Positions 1-9,726 of a stretch of DNA of 64,000 nt are shown in pieces. The stretch is from Candidatus Poseidoniales archaeon (GTDB lineage: Archaea > Thermoplasmatota > Poseidoniia > Poseidoniales > Poseidoniaceae), in the NCBI GenBank assembly GCA_003602415.1, contig QQSK01000013.1, positions 10,152 through 74,151 of the forward strand, given 5' to 3'. The notes under the pieces were generated by a model. It saw nothing but the letters and a program-made list of their open reading frames with translations. It was not told where the DNA came from and ran no database searches. The translations under genes and the position numbers were made by a program. The number at the start of each line of letters is the position of its first letter. The first letter of the stretch is position 1.

Positions 1-2
1 TA

Positions 3-1946
3 GGGGAGTTCGGTGGAGGATGGGTAGCTCGAGTAATTCTCGATGGAATGTCAATCGGCGAATCTACATGGCCTCCTTCTATTTCTTGGGTCGAAGAACA
101 ATTGAATAAATCAGAAACAAAAGGATCCTCAAATCTCGTATTCACTTCAAGTCTAACTCCAAATGAGAACATAACTGGCACATGGACTGCAAATCATGTC
201 TTCAATAATGGACTGGGCCTACCTTTCATTCCAGGTGTACAAGCAGGCATCGCGAGTCAGGTTGATAGATTCCTTGATGGAGATGTAAATCAGTTGGAAA
301 GTTTGCTAGAATCAATGATTTATCTAAATGGCCGAGAAGCTGTTTGTTGTGTCATTGATGATTCTGCGGTTATTTTTGAGACATTTAGTATCGATGCTGA
401 AATCGATTTTTCTTCCGAGTCTTGGGGATGGAATGAATCTGGCACCGTATCAGCATCTCGTTCACATATTGATTTAATGAGGCTGGAAGTTCCTTTCCAA
501 AACGACTTACGCCAATCTACGCCACTTACAATCACAACCGATGGCGGATGGCAATACTTGTCCAGTCCATTGAATGAATGGATCGAAGGTACAACTTCAG
601 AATTCACTTTACAACGTGACGAATCTTCAATTTCAGGGTTTTACACTATCACACTAGGACCTAACAGTGCCCCTGTTTTGTCCATGCAGGAAGATTATGC
701 TCTACCTTGGGATAATACGTCATACGATTTCAACGTAATAATCGACGATGCACCTCTATCTCAGCATAATTGTGAATGGAACATATCTGGAAGTAATAAC
801 AACCTCGGTGTTAATTTGTCAGCATATCCTCCTGATTCAATCCTGCCAATTTCAGTAATTTGTGTTGACGAGGGTGGTTTGAATGGAACTTGGAATGGTA
901 GTTTTGTTTTGGATGACGAATCTCCATGGATAAATGCTAGTGATGAGATTCAGATTATCCCTCCTGGAATGTTCTACTGGGATTTGATGGTTGGCGATGA
1001 CCATGATCAAAACCTCAGGGTGTATTGGACCAGCAACAAATCAGATGATTGGTGGTATACCGGAGATGTCCTTGATATCGTCTTCAATCCTGATTCAAAT
1101 TTGAATTCAATCAATGATAACATTAGTGAAAGACACAAGCAAAGAAACCCTGTGCAATATTGGTTATCGGCTGAAGTCTCCGATGATGTTGGCCACACAG
1201 TTTTTGGAAATTGGACAATCCAATTGACCGATGTTTCAGGGCCAGTTATTCTTGCATCGGTTGAAGATTATGACGTAGATGAAGGGTGGGGTGAAGCGGC
1301 ATTAGTCTCGAGGCCAGGAGATATATTACGACTGAATTTAACCGAATCCTTTGACGACCATTCTTCAATTGACAAAATTAATTTTTCAATTAGTTTATTG
1401 GATAAAGAATATAGTGATTTATCATGGTCTGAAGTTCAGTATTGGGAACTACCCGAATTGCCGGTTGGCTATCATCAAATCAATGTGATTGGATATGACG
1501 AACAAGGTAATGTGGCAGGTAATACATTTGGAGTAGCGGTAGCTCCTCCAATTACTAGAGATTTGGAAATCATCGATATCCAATCATCCTCAACAGAGAT
1601 TGAGCCGGGAGAAAACCACTTCTGGGTCACAGTTCAAAATAACGGTGCTAGCACGACCGAATTTATTTTGTGTAGCGGCAACGATTGTGTCGAATCAGTG
1701 GTAGGTCCTTCCAGTTACGCTCAGACTACAACATCGATAGTTTCTATGAAAGTAGATTTGGATTGGTTTGAAACATTCTCTGTAGAATTATCTTATCTTG
1801 ATGATTCCAATCAAACAGTGGTAAAACATTCCACAAGTGAATATGATGCTGGAGTCGGTTTAGGTGGACTGGAATTGTTCATCTTCGTTACTATTTCAGT
1901 ACTGGCAATAATATGGTTACGTTCAAGAAATGAACCGAGATTCTGA
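3..1946 (+). CDS. Secreted or cell-surface protein, 5'-truncated at the window edge, with a C-terminal transmembrane anchor
   Basis: The reading frame is open from nt 3 with no upstream stop, so the N-terminus lies outside the window. It is a beta-rich, Asn/Ser/Thr/Asp-rich sequence with a CARDB-like stretch (PGENHFWVTVQNNGAST). A hydrophobic helix (LELFIFVTISVLAIIWL) and a basic tail sit at the C-terminus. Confidence 0.5.
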   Translation, partial: GEFGGGWVARVILDGMSIGESTWPPSISWVEEQLNKSETKGSSNLVFTSSLTPNENITGTWTANHVFNNGLGLPFIPGVQAGIASQVDRFLDGDVNQLESLLESMIYLNGREAVCCVIDDSAVIFETFSIDAEIDFSSESWGWNESGTVSASRSHIDLMRLEVPFQNDLRQSTPLTITTDGGWQYLSSPLNEWIEGTTSEFTLQRDESSISGFYTITLGPNSAPVLSMQEDYALPWDNTSYDFNVIIDDAPLSQHNCEWNISGSNNNLGVNLSAYPPDSILPISVICVDEGGLNGTWNGSFVLDDESPWINASDEIQIIPPGMFYWDLMVGDDHDQNLRVYWTSNKSDDWWYTGDVLDIVFNPDSNLNSINDNISERHKQRNPVQYWLSAEVSDDVGHTVFGNWTIQLTDVSGPVILASVEDYDVDEGWGEAALVSRPGDILRLNLTESFDDHSSIDKINFSISLLDKEYSDLSWSEVQYWELPELPVGYHQINVIGYDEQGNVAGNTFGVAVAPPITRDLEIIDIQSSSTEIEPGENHFWVTVQNNGASTTEFILCSGNDCVESVVGPSSYAQTTTSIVSMKVDLDWFETFSVELSYLDDSNQTVVKHSTSEYDAGVGLGGLELFIFVTISVLAIIWLRSRNEPRF

Positions 1947-1972
1947 TATGTCCGATATATGGTGGCGATGAT

Positions 1973-3718
1973 ATGGATGGCTTTGTAGATCTAGATGGCG
2001 CAATCAAAGCCGAGGCCAAAAGTCGTGTAGATCGTATCGAGAAGTTGGCAGGGCTATCTGCATTGATTATGCTGTCTGCAGCAACTTGGCTTGCTTGGCC
2101 GTCTTTAGAATCAGCGATTAGCGGTGGTTCTATGACTTCTGATTTGAAGTATGCAATGGTCATCATTGCATGGGGAGTTTTTGTTCAAGATCTTGGAGTA
2201 ATGGACAAAAAAGCAAGGTCAAGAATAGGTACAGTGGCTACGATTTCTTGGTTACCAATTGTCATTATATCTGTTGATTATCTTGAAGGAAATGTTTCTC
2301 AAATCATTGGTATGCTGATTTTGTTAGGCGTATCTTCATCGCTTTTCGCAACTAGCAGGTCGATTCTGCAAGGCGATGTATCAGTGATGAAATATCGAGG
2401 CTTAATGGGAGGCTTGGGTCTAATTCTATCGATTTCTCTACTTACAACCACTACTATTGATGACAATTCATCATATATTCAGGTCGGCTTTTGTGCCATA
2501 GGTGCCTTATTGATTCTAATCGATTGGTTTGGTAGTGATGATATGAGGCCATTGAGAAAAGAGTTCGATGGAAGATTAAACTCCTTGGAAAGTCGTCTTT
2601 TAATTTTGAAGAGCCAAGGCTCAGCAGTCGATCAAGCAGCTAGCCTGGTTATGACTGCTAGAGAAGAAGGTCATAGAGACCCTGAATGGGGGATGCGTCT
2701 ACTCGATGAAGCCGATGAAGATATTGAGCGTTCACTATCTCTGGCAGGAGATGTTGAAGACATCAAGAAGGACTCTTTGGAATCTGTAGAGAAAGCAGAG
2801 TCCATTGCTCCAGTAGCCAAGCGCCCTAGAAAGGCGTGGGACATGGGTCAGAGAGAAGTTGAACTTGGGAGCCTTAGAGAAGGTGAAGCGCTTTTCAGAC
2901 AAGCCAAAAAGCGTGCAAATGAAGTTATTCAGTGGTGGCAACTAGCGGAAGAAGCCATCAGAGAAGGTGCCGCTTTGTTAGCAAAATCTCCTCATGCCCA
3001 AAGTAATCTAGAGGAAATTTTGGCAGATGCTCGAAAGAAATTATCTGCTGAAAAGCCAAAGAAAGCTTACGAGTTTGCAATGGTTATTCCAGAGCAACTA
3101 TCTGCTTCTGACGATGCTCTGGTTATTGCAGAATCAGCAGTCAAAGAAGCTGCTAGACAATTAAAATCAGCTGATGGCATAAACAAAGAATTGCTAGAAG
3201 AAAGACTCGAACATGCTGAGGAGGCATTAGAAAAAGGAAATTCAGCCCAAGCAAAGGGGCTTTCTGATGGAATCGTTAGAGAGATTCTCGCTGAAAGAGA
3301 AGCTATGGACGATGTTAGACGGGCTCTAAGACAGAAAGTGCATTTGGTTTCACGTTGGGCAGAGAGGGACGATGTTTCGGATTGGAATGCCAGATTATTA
3401 GAGATCGAAGAATCGGCGGATTCCTTGGAATGGACTCATGCAGCAACATTACTCGAGCGATTAACAACTGATTTGGATGCTGAAGGTAAGGCTAGTGATG
3501 AAGCAAATGAATTACTAGATTATGTCTTAGAGGAATGGGATATTCTCAGAAATCAATGTGATGCTAGCGGAATTAAAGTTGATGATGAAGATAGACGTTC
3601 CACTGAAGAAGCAATAGCATTGGCTAGTGAATCGCATAAGGCAGGAAGAATCGATGAATCTCTCGAATCTCTTGGCTTAGCAGATGGTTTCATGGAGAAA
3701 CTAAGGCGAAGAGTATGA
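1973..3718 (+). CDS. Polytopic membrane protein of about 6 TM helices, with a roughly 380-aa alpha-helical and coiled-coil C-terminal domain
   Basis: Six hydrophobic segments lie in the first 200 aa. The remainder is E/A/R/L/K-rich with heptad-like periodicity. No enzymatic motif was recognised. Confidence 0.45.
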   Translation: MDGFVDLDGAIKAEAKSRVDRIEKLAGLSALIMLSAATWLAWPSLESAISGGSMTSDLKYAMVIIAWGVFVQDLGVMDKKARSRIGTVATISWLPIVIISVDYLEGNVSQIIGMLILLGVSSSLFATSRSILQGDVSVMKYRGLMGGLGLILSISLLTTTTIDDNSSYIQVGFCAIGALLILIDWFGSDDMRPLRKEFDGRLNSLESRLLILKSQGSAVDQAASLVMTAREEGHRDPEWGMRLLDEADEDIERSLSLAGDVEDIKKDSLESVEKAESIAPVAKRPRKAWDMGQREVELGSLREGEALFRQAKKRANEVIQWWQLAEEAIREGAALLAKSPHAQSNLEEILADARKKLSAEKPKKAYEFAMVIPEQLSASDDALVIAESAVKEAARQLKSADGINKELLEERLEHAEEALEKGNSAQAKGLSDGIVREILAEREAMDDVRRALRQKVHLVSRWAERDDVSDWNARLLEIEESADSLEWTHAATLLERLTTDLDAEGKASDEANELLDYVLEEWDILRNQCDASGIKVDDEDRRSTEEAIALASESHKAGRIDESLESLGLADGFMEKLRRRV

Positions 3719-4678
3719 TTACATCATTCGCTCTTTCATTTCACAAGCCTTACAGACACTTCCGCTACACATCTGTCCACACTGTGGACAATTGATTGGT
3801 TTGATGGAATTCAAACTACTTCCAGCCATCTGTTGTAATCTTTTGACATCGTCTGCCATTCGCAGAAGCCCATGCCTTGTCCCTGGGACATCTGCTTCCA
3901 TCATGGCAATGGTTTCTCTATGCCTGAACCTTAGAGCTCCTTCGCCGTGAGGGCACTCTTCATGGTGGATGGGTAATCCTTTGTGTAATGCGTAAAGGTG
4001 AATCTCTTGTTCAGGGACCCATCGAAGTGGAACAATCCTTGGCGCCATGCCTTCCAACGGAGTATTTGTGTGAGGGGCTAATCTCAGTGTTCTTTCGAGA
4101 TCACCATTTTGCATATTCATCATTATGGTTTGAGCCATATCGTCAAGGTTGTGGCCTAGTGCGATAACATCAGCACCTACACGCGCTGCAAGATGATTGA
4201 TGCCTTGTCGTCTAAAAACTCCACAATAGGAGCAGGGCGCTTTCTTATCTCCTGTCTCGATAATTTTCTCTACCACTTCATCCATTTCTTTGAAACCCAA
4301 ATCTGGGTAAGAAACAGTTTCGAATTGAACACCAAGACTTTCACACAACTCTCTCGCACATTCTAGCGATGGTGGACGATATCCTTCAATGCCTTCATCT
4401 ACACAACCTCCAATGATTGTTACATCTCTTCGCTTTCCTAGATTTTCATGAATTCTTTCTAGGAGTACGGCAGAATCTTTACCTCCAGAAATAGCCACAA
4501 GAATGGTTGTATTCTCTCCTTTGCGGAGCACTAATTGTTCCCGCAAAGCCTTGGAAACTTTCTTTCTAACACTCTCAGCAAGATGTGCTCCACACATCAT
4601 ACGGCCTGAATAAACCTGGTGATGAATCGCCGGATTGCGACATTTGTCACAACTTGGGATATCAAACAGGTCGGCCAT
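3719..4678 (-). CDS. tRNA 2-thiolation PP-loop ATPase of the NcsA/TtuA family
   Basis: It carries the PP-loop motif SGGKDS. CxxC...CxxC zinc-finger pairs flank it at the N-terminus (CDKCRNPA...CGAHL) and the C-terminus (CPQCGQMCSGSVCKAC). I placed the start at MADLFD. The ORF track's longer start at 4762 would add 28 non-conserved residues. Confidence 0.6.
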   Translation of the reverse strand: MADLFDIPSCDKCRNPAIHHQVYSGRMMCGAHLAESVRKKVSKALREQLVLRKGENTTILVAISGGKDSAVLLERIHENLGKRRDVTIIGGCVDEGIEGYRPPSLECARELCESLGVQFETVSYPDLGFKEMDEVVEKIIETGDKKAPCSYCGVFRRQGINHLAARVGADVIALGHNLDDMAQTIMMNMQNGDLERTLRLAPHTNTPLEGMAPRIVPLRWVPEQEIHLYALHKGLPIHHEECPHGEGALRFRHRETIAMMEADVPGTRHGLLRMADDVKRLQQMAGSSLNSIKPINCPQCGQMCSGSVCKACEMKERMM

Positions 4679-4816
4679 GTTTGGTCCAAGAGGTTCTAGC
4701 CTTGATGTGAACGGTTGAAAAAAGCAATTGAAAAATTGATTTTTCAATTGGAATACGAGCATGATAATCCCCGTCCATCAAAAATTTAGTTGGCAAAATC
4801 AAAACACTCCACAAAT

Positions 4817-4829
4817 CGCCCTACGGGCG
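4817..4829. promoter_or_regulatory. Hairpin CGCCC-TAC-GGGCG in the divergent intergenic region between the tRNA thiolase and roadblock genes
   Basis: It has a 5-bp GC stem and the same TAC/GTA loop as the other copies. Confidence 0.25.
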
Positions 4830-4885
4830 TTGTAGAAAGCCAAACTTCTTGAAGCCGGTTTCAACCTGAAGCAATTTGAGCGCGC

Positions 4886-5227
4886 ATGATGCAACGCATT
4901 CTGGCCGGATTCTCAGCCCTACCAGGAGCTGACCAAGCATACATCATTTCTCGTAGAGATGGCTTGGTTGCTTCAGTTGGAAAGAGAGGTCGTGCACCGA
5001 TGGTTGAACATGCCACCCAAATAATCCAAGCGATGGAAAGACTTGGACAAAACAAAGCCGTTGGAAGAGGGTTGGAGTTTTGGACAGAAGGAGAGGGAAT
5101 GCTTCTAGTAACTCGATTGAGCGAAGATGCAAGCCTGATAGTTTCTGGTAAGAAGGGTGGCAGGATAGCCAGGTGGCGACACGCCGTAGAATGCGATGTT
5201 GAAATGCTAAACTCGTTGATGAGGTGA
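4886..5227 (+). CDS. Roadblock/LC7 (MglB-like) domain protein
   Basis: It is 113 aa and carries the roadblock signature ...AYIISRRDGLVASVG... . Its stop overlaps the start of the next ORF by 4 nt (ATGA), indicating operon coupling. Confidence 0.55.
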   Translation: MMQRILAGFSALPGADQAYIISRRDGLVASVGKRGRAPMVEHATQIIQAMERLGQNKAVGRGLEFWTEGEGMLLVTRLSEDASLIVSGKKGGRIARWRHAVECDVEMLNSLMR

Positions 5228-8200
5228 CGGACATGTTCGATCTACCATATGGAATGCTAATTGATAACGAAATTGATGTCAGTGATGGCTCAATCATGCC
5301 ATTTGAACACGGTTCAATATCTACGTATCTTGGACGTAGGTCTACTGCGAGCGGACATAGAATCGTCAGAGCGGGCAGAGTCGTAGGTTGGGTTGCTGAA
5401 CCTGCTAAAGGCAAAGTTTTGCTTTGTGGTCTAGCTGCTAAGCAAAGACTCGAGGAATTAGAATCTGATTCACATCGCTTAACTGCTAGAGCATGGACTC
5501 AATCGTCATTAGGCTCCGTTGCTGAGATTATTCCTGAAGCATTTGAGCACGCTGCAGACTTGCGAGGACTGATTGGTTCTGGCGATTCATTGGAGCGTTT
5601 ACTTTCTCGAGATCTATCTGCTGTCTTGGCGAATCTGGTTGTTAGGCCGGAGGTACGTGGAGGGATTGCGGTTGATTCTGGAATGTTAATCGACGATGCA
5701 GGAGACCTACCCTCTAGTGCAGAATCCTTAGCGGCACAGGTTGGAGAAACCTTGGCTGGAAGAAAAGCGATGGCTAGCGACTTAGGATTATCCGGTGCAG
5801 GCCACTGGACACTACACACAGACAATGGAGCATTATTGTTGGCGGAAGCCGGCGATGTCGCACTAGCAATTTGGACAGAATCAGATGTCGACCACGGTCG
5901 ACTGATTAGCCAAATCGCTGCTATGATGGACGGACAAATCGATGCAATGGGGTCTAGAGGTGAAGCACTTACCGATGGCCATGTAGTTAGAGAAGGAAGA
6001 GGCGGAACCGATGCAATCATTTCCATGCTAACCACCGCTGTAGAAGAAGGATTGACCGGCCATTTGACGGCCGGCAAATCCTCCAAAGCAATTCGTGTTG
6101 CACTGGTTAAGGGTGTACCTGTGGCCATGCAAGCGCCTGGAAAAACAAAGATTGTCGAGGCGGTAAACTCACTTTGTGAATCTCGACGCGTTCTATCATT
6201 GCATAGACTGCCTGTTGGAACAATTCTTGGAACAGAATCAGGTAATGTTCCCGATTTCAATTTAGAAACCTTCTGTGAGGAATTATCTACAACAAGAACT
6301 CGTTCTGAATCCCGCCAAACTCTAATCAGACAAACTATGAATCAGATATATGGTTTTGAAATAGGTCTACAAAAACTCAAGAAAGAGCGTACTAGGTTCG
6401 AATTCGCAATTTCAGTAGCAACTCCTTCAACAGGTTTGACTACCGTGGATACATCCACAGGAATTGATGATGGATTAAGAAGAAAATTAGAGAAATCTGA
6501 AATTCAACTCTCAGATGCGAATCAAGAGATTGCTTCACTTCGTGTTGCCCTTGATTCAGCACAGAAAGCAGAAACTGCAGCTAAAGTCAATGCTAACGAA
6601 GCCAATAGGCATACTTCAGATATTCAAGATAAAATTGCAGCGTATAACAAAACAATCGACCAGTTACAACTCGATTTATCCGCAGCACAATCCAGTTCCG
6701 AGAATGCAGAGGCTCGTAGTGATAGGTTGTCAAAGAGAGTGAACGAGTTAGAGCACCAACTCAGTGAAAGAGCGGTTGAATTGGCTAGAATTCTTGGAGA
6801 TAGTAAAGCGAGTAATGAATTGTCTTCCAAGATAGAAGAAATGGCATCCAAGGAAGCAGCATTATCCAGTGATATCGATTCACATTCTGCGACCTTGTCG
6901 AGTATTCGTTCAAGGATAGATGATGATCAACGCCGTCAGAGAATGATAGAAGAACAGGTAGAAGCTGCTAGAGACAAACATCGTCGTGCTCAAGGAGAAT
7001 TATCAGAATTGGAATCCAAGATCAATGACTCTCAATTGCGTCTAAAGCAAATTGAAGCGGAATCAAGAGTTGCTCGAGAGCGAACTCAAGAAGACCGAAT
7101 TAGGCTGAACGAACAAGAAAACCGTGCTGCTAACATCCAATCCGAGATGCGTGAATTAATGGATGAAAGAAGGCAAGTTCTGAAAGAACTAGGTGATTTA
7201 GGTGCTAGAAGAGGACAAGCTGAAGCTGAATTGTCGAACTTACTAGACCAAGCAGAAGCATTAGCATTCGCTCATGAAGAAGCGCTATCCGACATCAAAG
7301 AGGCAGAATTACTTCGCGCAAAATTATCTGAAGAACCCCTTGCTCAAGCATTGTTAGAAGATGGTGCTCAATTTGATGGACTAGGGCCAGTATTAGAACG
7401 CTTAGAACATGCTAGAACACTAGGATACTCGGTGTCATTGCTTGACCGTGCGGTAGAAAGAGCATTACAGGTCATTCAAGGATGCGTTGACCACGTTGCA
7501 ACAACGCCTAGACACCTATTATCGACAGAAGTAATGTCGTTATTGGAGAGACAGGTCCCACAAACTGCAGGAGCAGTTCGTGGATTAGCAAGATGGTCGG
7601 TTCAACAAAGACTCGAACATCAATTGGGTGAAACAGTAACTAATCTGGTTCTAGATTTAGAAAATCTTCTCGAAGATTACGACAGATCGATTACTATGCT
7701 TAGAAGAATCAGAAATGTTCTCGAGCAATTAGAGAAACTCGGCGCTCCTCCTGAACAGGTTCAGGCTTTGATGAACAATACAAGAAGACCTGAGTCTTTG
7801 CCGGTTCTTGCTCGCGAGACTCGTACTCTGATTCAGAAGGCTCTGGATGACATCCACCTAGAAGCAGACATGAGAGATGCAGGCTCTGCAGTCAAATTAG
7901 AAGCGACAACCAGCGCCCTCGAAGAACTTCTTACCCAATTAGATGCAAGTGGCTTTGTCAAGGGTGAAGTTCGTGGTGCGCTTTGGGATTTCAAGCGAGA
8001 AGGGATTCTACCTTTCGAGCGTGACTCTGTTCCTGCTGGAGAAAGAGAACCGGTCAATGATGCTGCAATAGAGCAAATGAAAGGCGAATTAATCGACGAG
8101 GAAGTTGCTGTTGCAGTTGAAGTTAGTGAAATTACTGAGGAATGGGAAGAATTGTCGACACCAGTGGACCAGGATGATAGTGAATCAGTATCTGAGGATG

Positions 8201-8358
8201 TATCGATCTCTCATAGTGATGAAAGAGCATCTCTAGAAGAAGAATTAGCTAGATTGGATGCTCGTTGGGAACGTCGAACCGACCCTGAAGAAATAACAGA
8301 ACTTTCAGATTCAACTCTTGACGAACTTGAAGATTCTCTAGATGGGATAGATCTCTGA
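5224..8358 (+). CDS. Large cytoplasmic protein with N-terminal roadblock/LC7-like domain(s), a long SMC-like coiled coil and an acidic C-terminus
   Basis: Residues ~130-240 (RGGIAVDSGMLIDDAGD...GALLLAEAGDVALAIWTESD) fit the roadblock fold. Residues ~420-720 have heptad periodicity and are rich in E/R/Q/L/A. No Walker A motif is present. The C-terminal 90 aa are strongly acidic and include EEWEEL. Confidence 0.5.
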   Translation: MTDMFDLPYGMLIDNEIDVSDGSIMPFEHGSISTYLGRRSTASGHRIVRAGRVVGWVAEPAKGKVLLCGLAAKQRLEELESDSHRLTARAWTQSSLGSVAEIIPEAFEHAADLRGLIGSGDSLERLLSRDLSAVLANLVVRPEVRGGIAVDSGMLIDDAGDLPSSAESLAAQVGETLAGRKAMASDLGLSGAGHWTLHTDNGALLLAEAGDVALAIWTESDVDHGRLISQIAAMMDGQIDAMGSRGEALTDGHVVREGRGGTDAIISMLTTAVEEGLTGHLTAGKSSKAIRVALVKGVPVAMQAPGKTKIVEAVNSLCESRRVLSLHRLPVGTILGTESGNVPDFNLETFCEELSTTRTRSESRQTLIRQTMNQIYGFEIGLQKLKKERTRFEFAISVATPSTGLTTVDTSTGIDDGLRRKLEKSEIQLSDANQEIASLRVALDSAQKAETAAKVNANEANRHTSDIQDKIAAYNKTIDQLQLDLSAAQSSSENAEARSDRLSKRVNELEHQLSERAVELARILGDSKASNELSSKIEEMASKEAALSSDIDSHSATLSSIRSRIDDDQRRQRMIEEQVEAARDKHRRAQGELSELESKINDSQLRLKQIEAESRVARERTQEDRIRLNEQENRAANIQSEMRELMDERRQVLKELGDLGARRGQAEAELSNLLDQAEALAFAHEEALSDIKEAELLRAKLSEEPLAQALLEDGAQFDGLGPVLERLEHARTLGYSVSLLDRAVERALQVIQGCVDHVATTPRHLLSTEVMSLLERQVPQTAGAVRGLARWSVQQRLEHQLGETVTNLVLDLENLLEDYDRSITMLRRIRNVLEQLEKLGAPPEQVQALMNNTRRPESLPVLARETRTLIQKALDDIHLEADMRDAGSAVKLEATTSALEELLTQLDASGFVKGEVRGALWDFKREGILPFERDSVPAGEREPVNDAAIEQMKGELIDEEVAVAVEVSEITEEWEELSTPVDQDDSESVSEDVSISHSDERASLEEELARLDARWERRTDPEEITELSDSTLDELEDSLDGIDL

Positions 8359-8367
8359 GGTGAATAT

Positions 8368-8568
8368 ATGAGTTCAGTCTATCCTTTGTGGATTGAAAAG
8401 ATGATTTTCTTAGTTTTGGTAGCATCATCAGTATACGCTGGTATCGAATTGCAAAATCATCTCACAGGAGCAATGCTTTGGTTGTCATGGGTATGTGGAT
8501 TGCCTTTGGTAGTTCTAGTCACTACTGAAGGAATTGGACGCATAGTCCAAAAAATCAACACAAGATAA
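8368..8568 (+). CDS. Small 2-TM membrane protein (hypothetical)
   Basis: It is 66 aa with two hydrophobic helices. It starts 10 nt after the preceding gene on the same strand. Confidence 0.3.
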   Translation: MSSVYPLWIEKMIFLVLVASSVYAGIELQNHLTGAMLWLSWVCGLPLVVLVTTEGIGRIVQKINTR

Positions 8569-9717
8569 TCATTCACGAGTAGTGAAAGAGGATTCGATAA
8601 GACCCCAGAATCTTTGCCACGGTACTACAAATCTTAGCAGTGCCATTATTCCAAGGAATAATAGAGCGGAAATCACTAATCCGTAGGTCAGAGTCAATTC
8701 GATTGATTCTCCTACTTGAGCAGCCCATTGTGAGCCCGTAATTCCACTTACCCAATCCAGTAAAACCGAATGGAACCCTAAAGCGATAGTCGTGGTTACT
8801 ACAGTCAGTGATAGGAAAATCGCAGTATGTCTTAGGTGTCCATTGAGAATGTTATCCATTTGTGCGACGTATTCAGGGTCCTTCTTGCAAGACTCAGGTA
8901 ATCTGTATGCATACTCCAACTGGCGAATAACTCCAAATGCAGACTCCTGGAAAACCATCATCAAACATGCGATTAGAATTAGAGAAATTTGTTCTGCGGT
9001 AACCAAACCGAAAACGGTAGGTTCTGAAACAATGATCTCAAGAGTTGTTAATTGACTTCCATAACTTCCCAATTGTGAACGGATAAGAGGGAATGTCAAA
9101 ATTGCGTGAACACCCAAGAATAGTAGTGTAAATCCGATAGACCATGCTACACCTCTTCGAGATAGTCCCCAGATACCCTTGGTTCCGGTGATAATTGGTA
9201 GTAGGTAGAATGTTAGAATGATGAATGAGAGCATCATCAACAATGGCCACTCTAGTAGTCGAAGGACATCATCACCTGGAGCACTCCATCCATCACTGAT
9301 TAGTTGCCATGCGTATCCGAAAACAAATCTTCCAGCTAGAATTAGAATCAAGGTAATGATGAATCCAAGTTTGACTCTTTGCTGTACCTTTGGGGTCTGG
9401 AAGGCCAATAATGCCATTGAACCACCAAGCCCCAATCCCAATGCCATAGGAACATAGAATCGAGCAAGACCTTCGCTTCCCCCTCCAGTTAACCAATCGC
9501 CAAGAGGCAACTCTGTTCCAAGTCCGGATTCGAGGGTGTCGAATAATTGAGTGTGGTCTATACTGCCGACAACATATGTTGAAACCACTTCTAAATACAT
9601 CCAAACCAATGCTAGGGTGGCAAGTACCTGTAATGTGACAATTTGCCATTGAACACGCAATTGGCGCAAGTGGAGCGAGCGTGCTCCTTCTCCTTGAGGT
9701 GTTACTTCTCCTGCCAT
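8569..9717 (-). CDS. Polytopic integral membrane protein of about 8 TM helices
   Basis: Hydrophobic helices occur throughout. It is the last gene of the co-directional DUF4350/DUF58 string, 9 nt from DUF58. Confidence 0.5.
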   Translation of the reverse strand: MAGEVTPQGEGARSLHLRQLRVQWQIVTLQVLATLALVWMYLEVVSTYVVGSIDHTQLFDTLESGLGTELPLGDWLTGGGSEGLARFYVPMALGLGLGGSMALLAFQTPKVQQRVKLGFIITLILILAGRFVFGYAWQLISDGWSAPGDDVLRLLEWPLLMMLSFIILTFYLLPIITGTKGIWGLSRRGVAWSIGFTLLFLGVHAILTFPLIRSQLGSYGSQLTTLEIIVSEPTVFGLVTAEQISLILIACLMMVFQESAFGVIRQLEYAYRLPESCKKDPEYVAQMDNILNGHLRHTAIFLSLTVVTTTIALGFHSVLLDWVSGITGSQWAAQVGESIELTLTYGLVISALLFLGIMALLRFVVPWQRFWGLIESSFTTRE

Positions 9718-9726
9718 GAAATCACC

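Noticed and set aside
5224-8358. A possible P-loop NTPase motif (APGKTKI) in the large coiled-coil protein, which would have made it an SMC or GTPase.
   Set aside because: The spacing does not fit GxxxxGK[ST], so there is no Walker A. It is treated as a non-ATPase coiled-coil protein.
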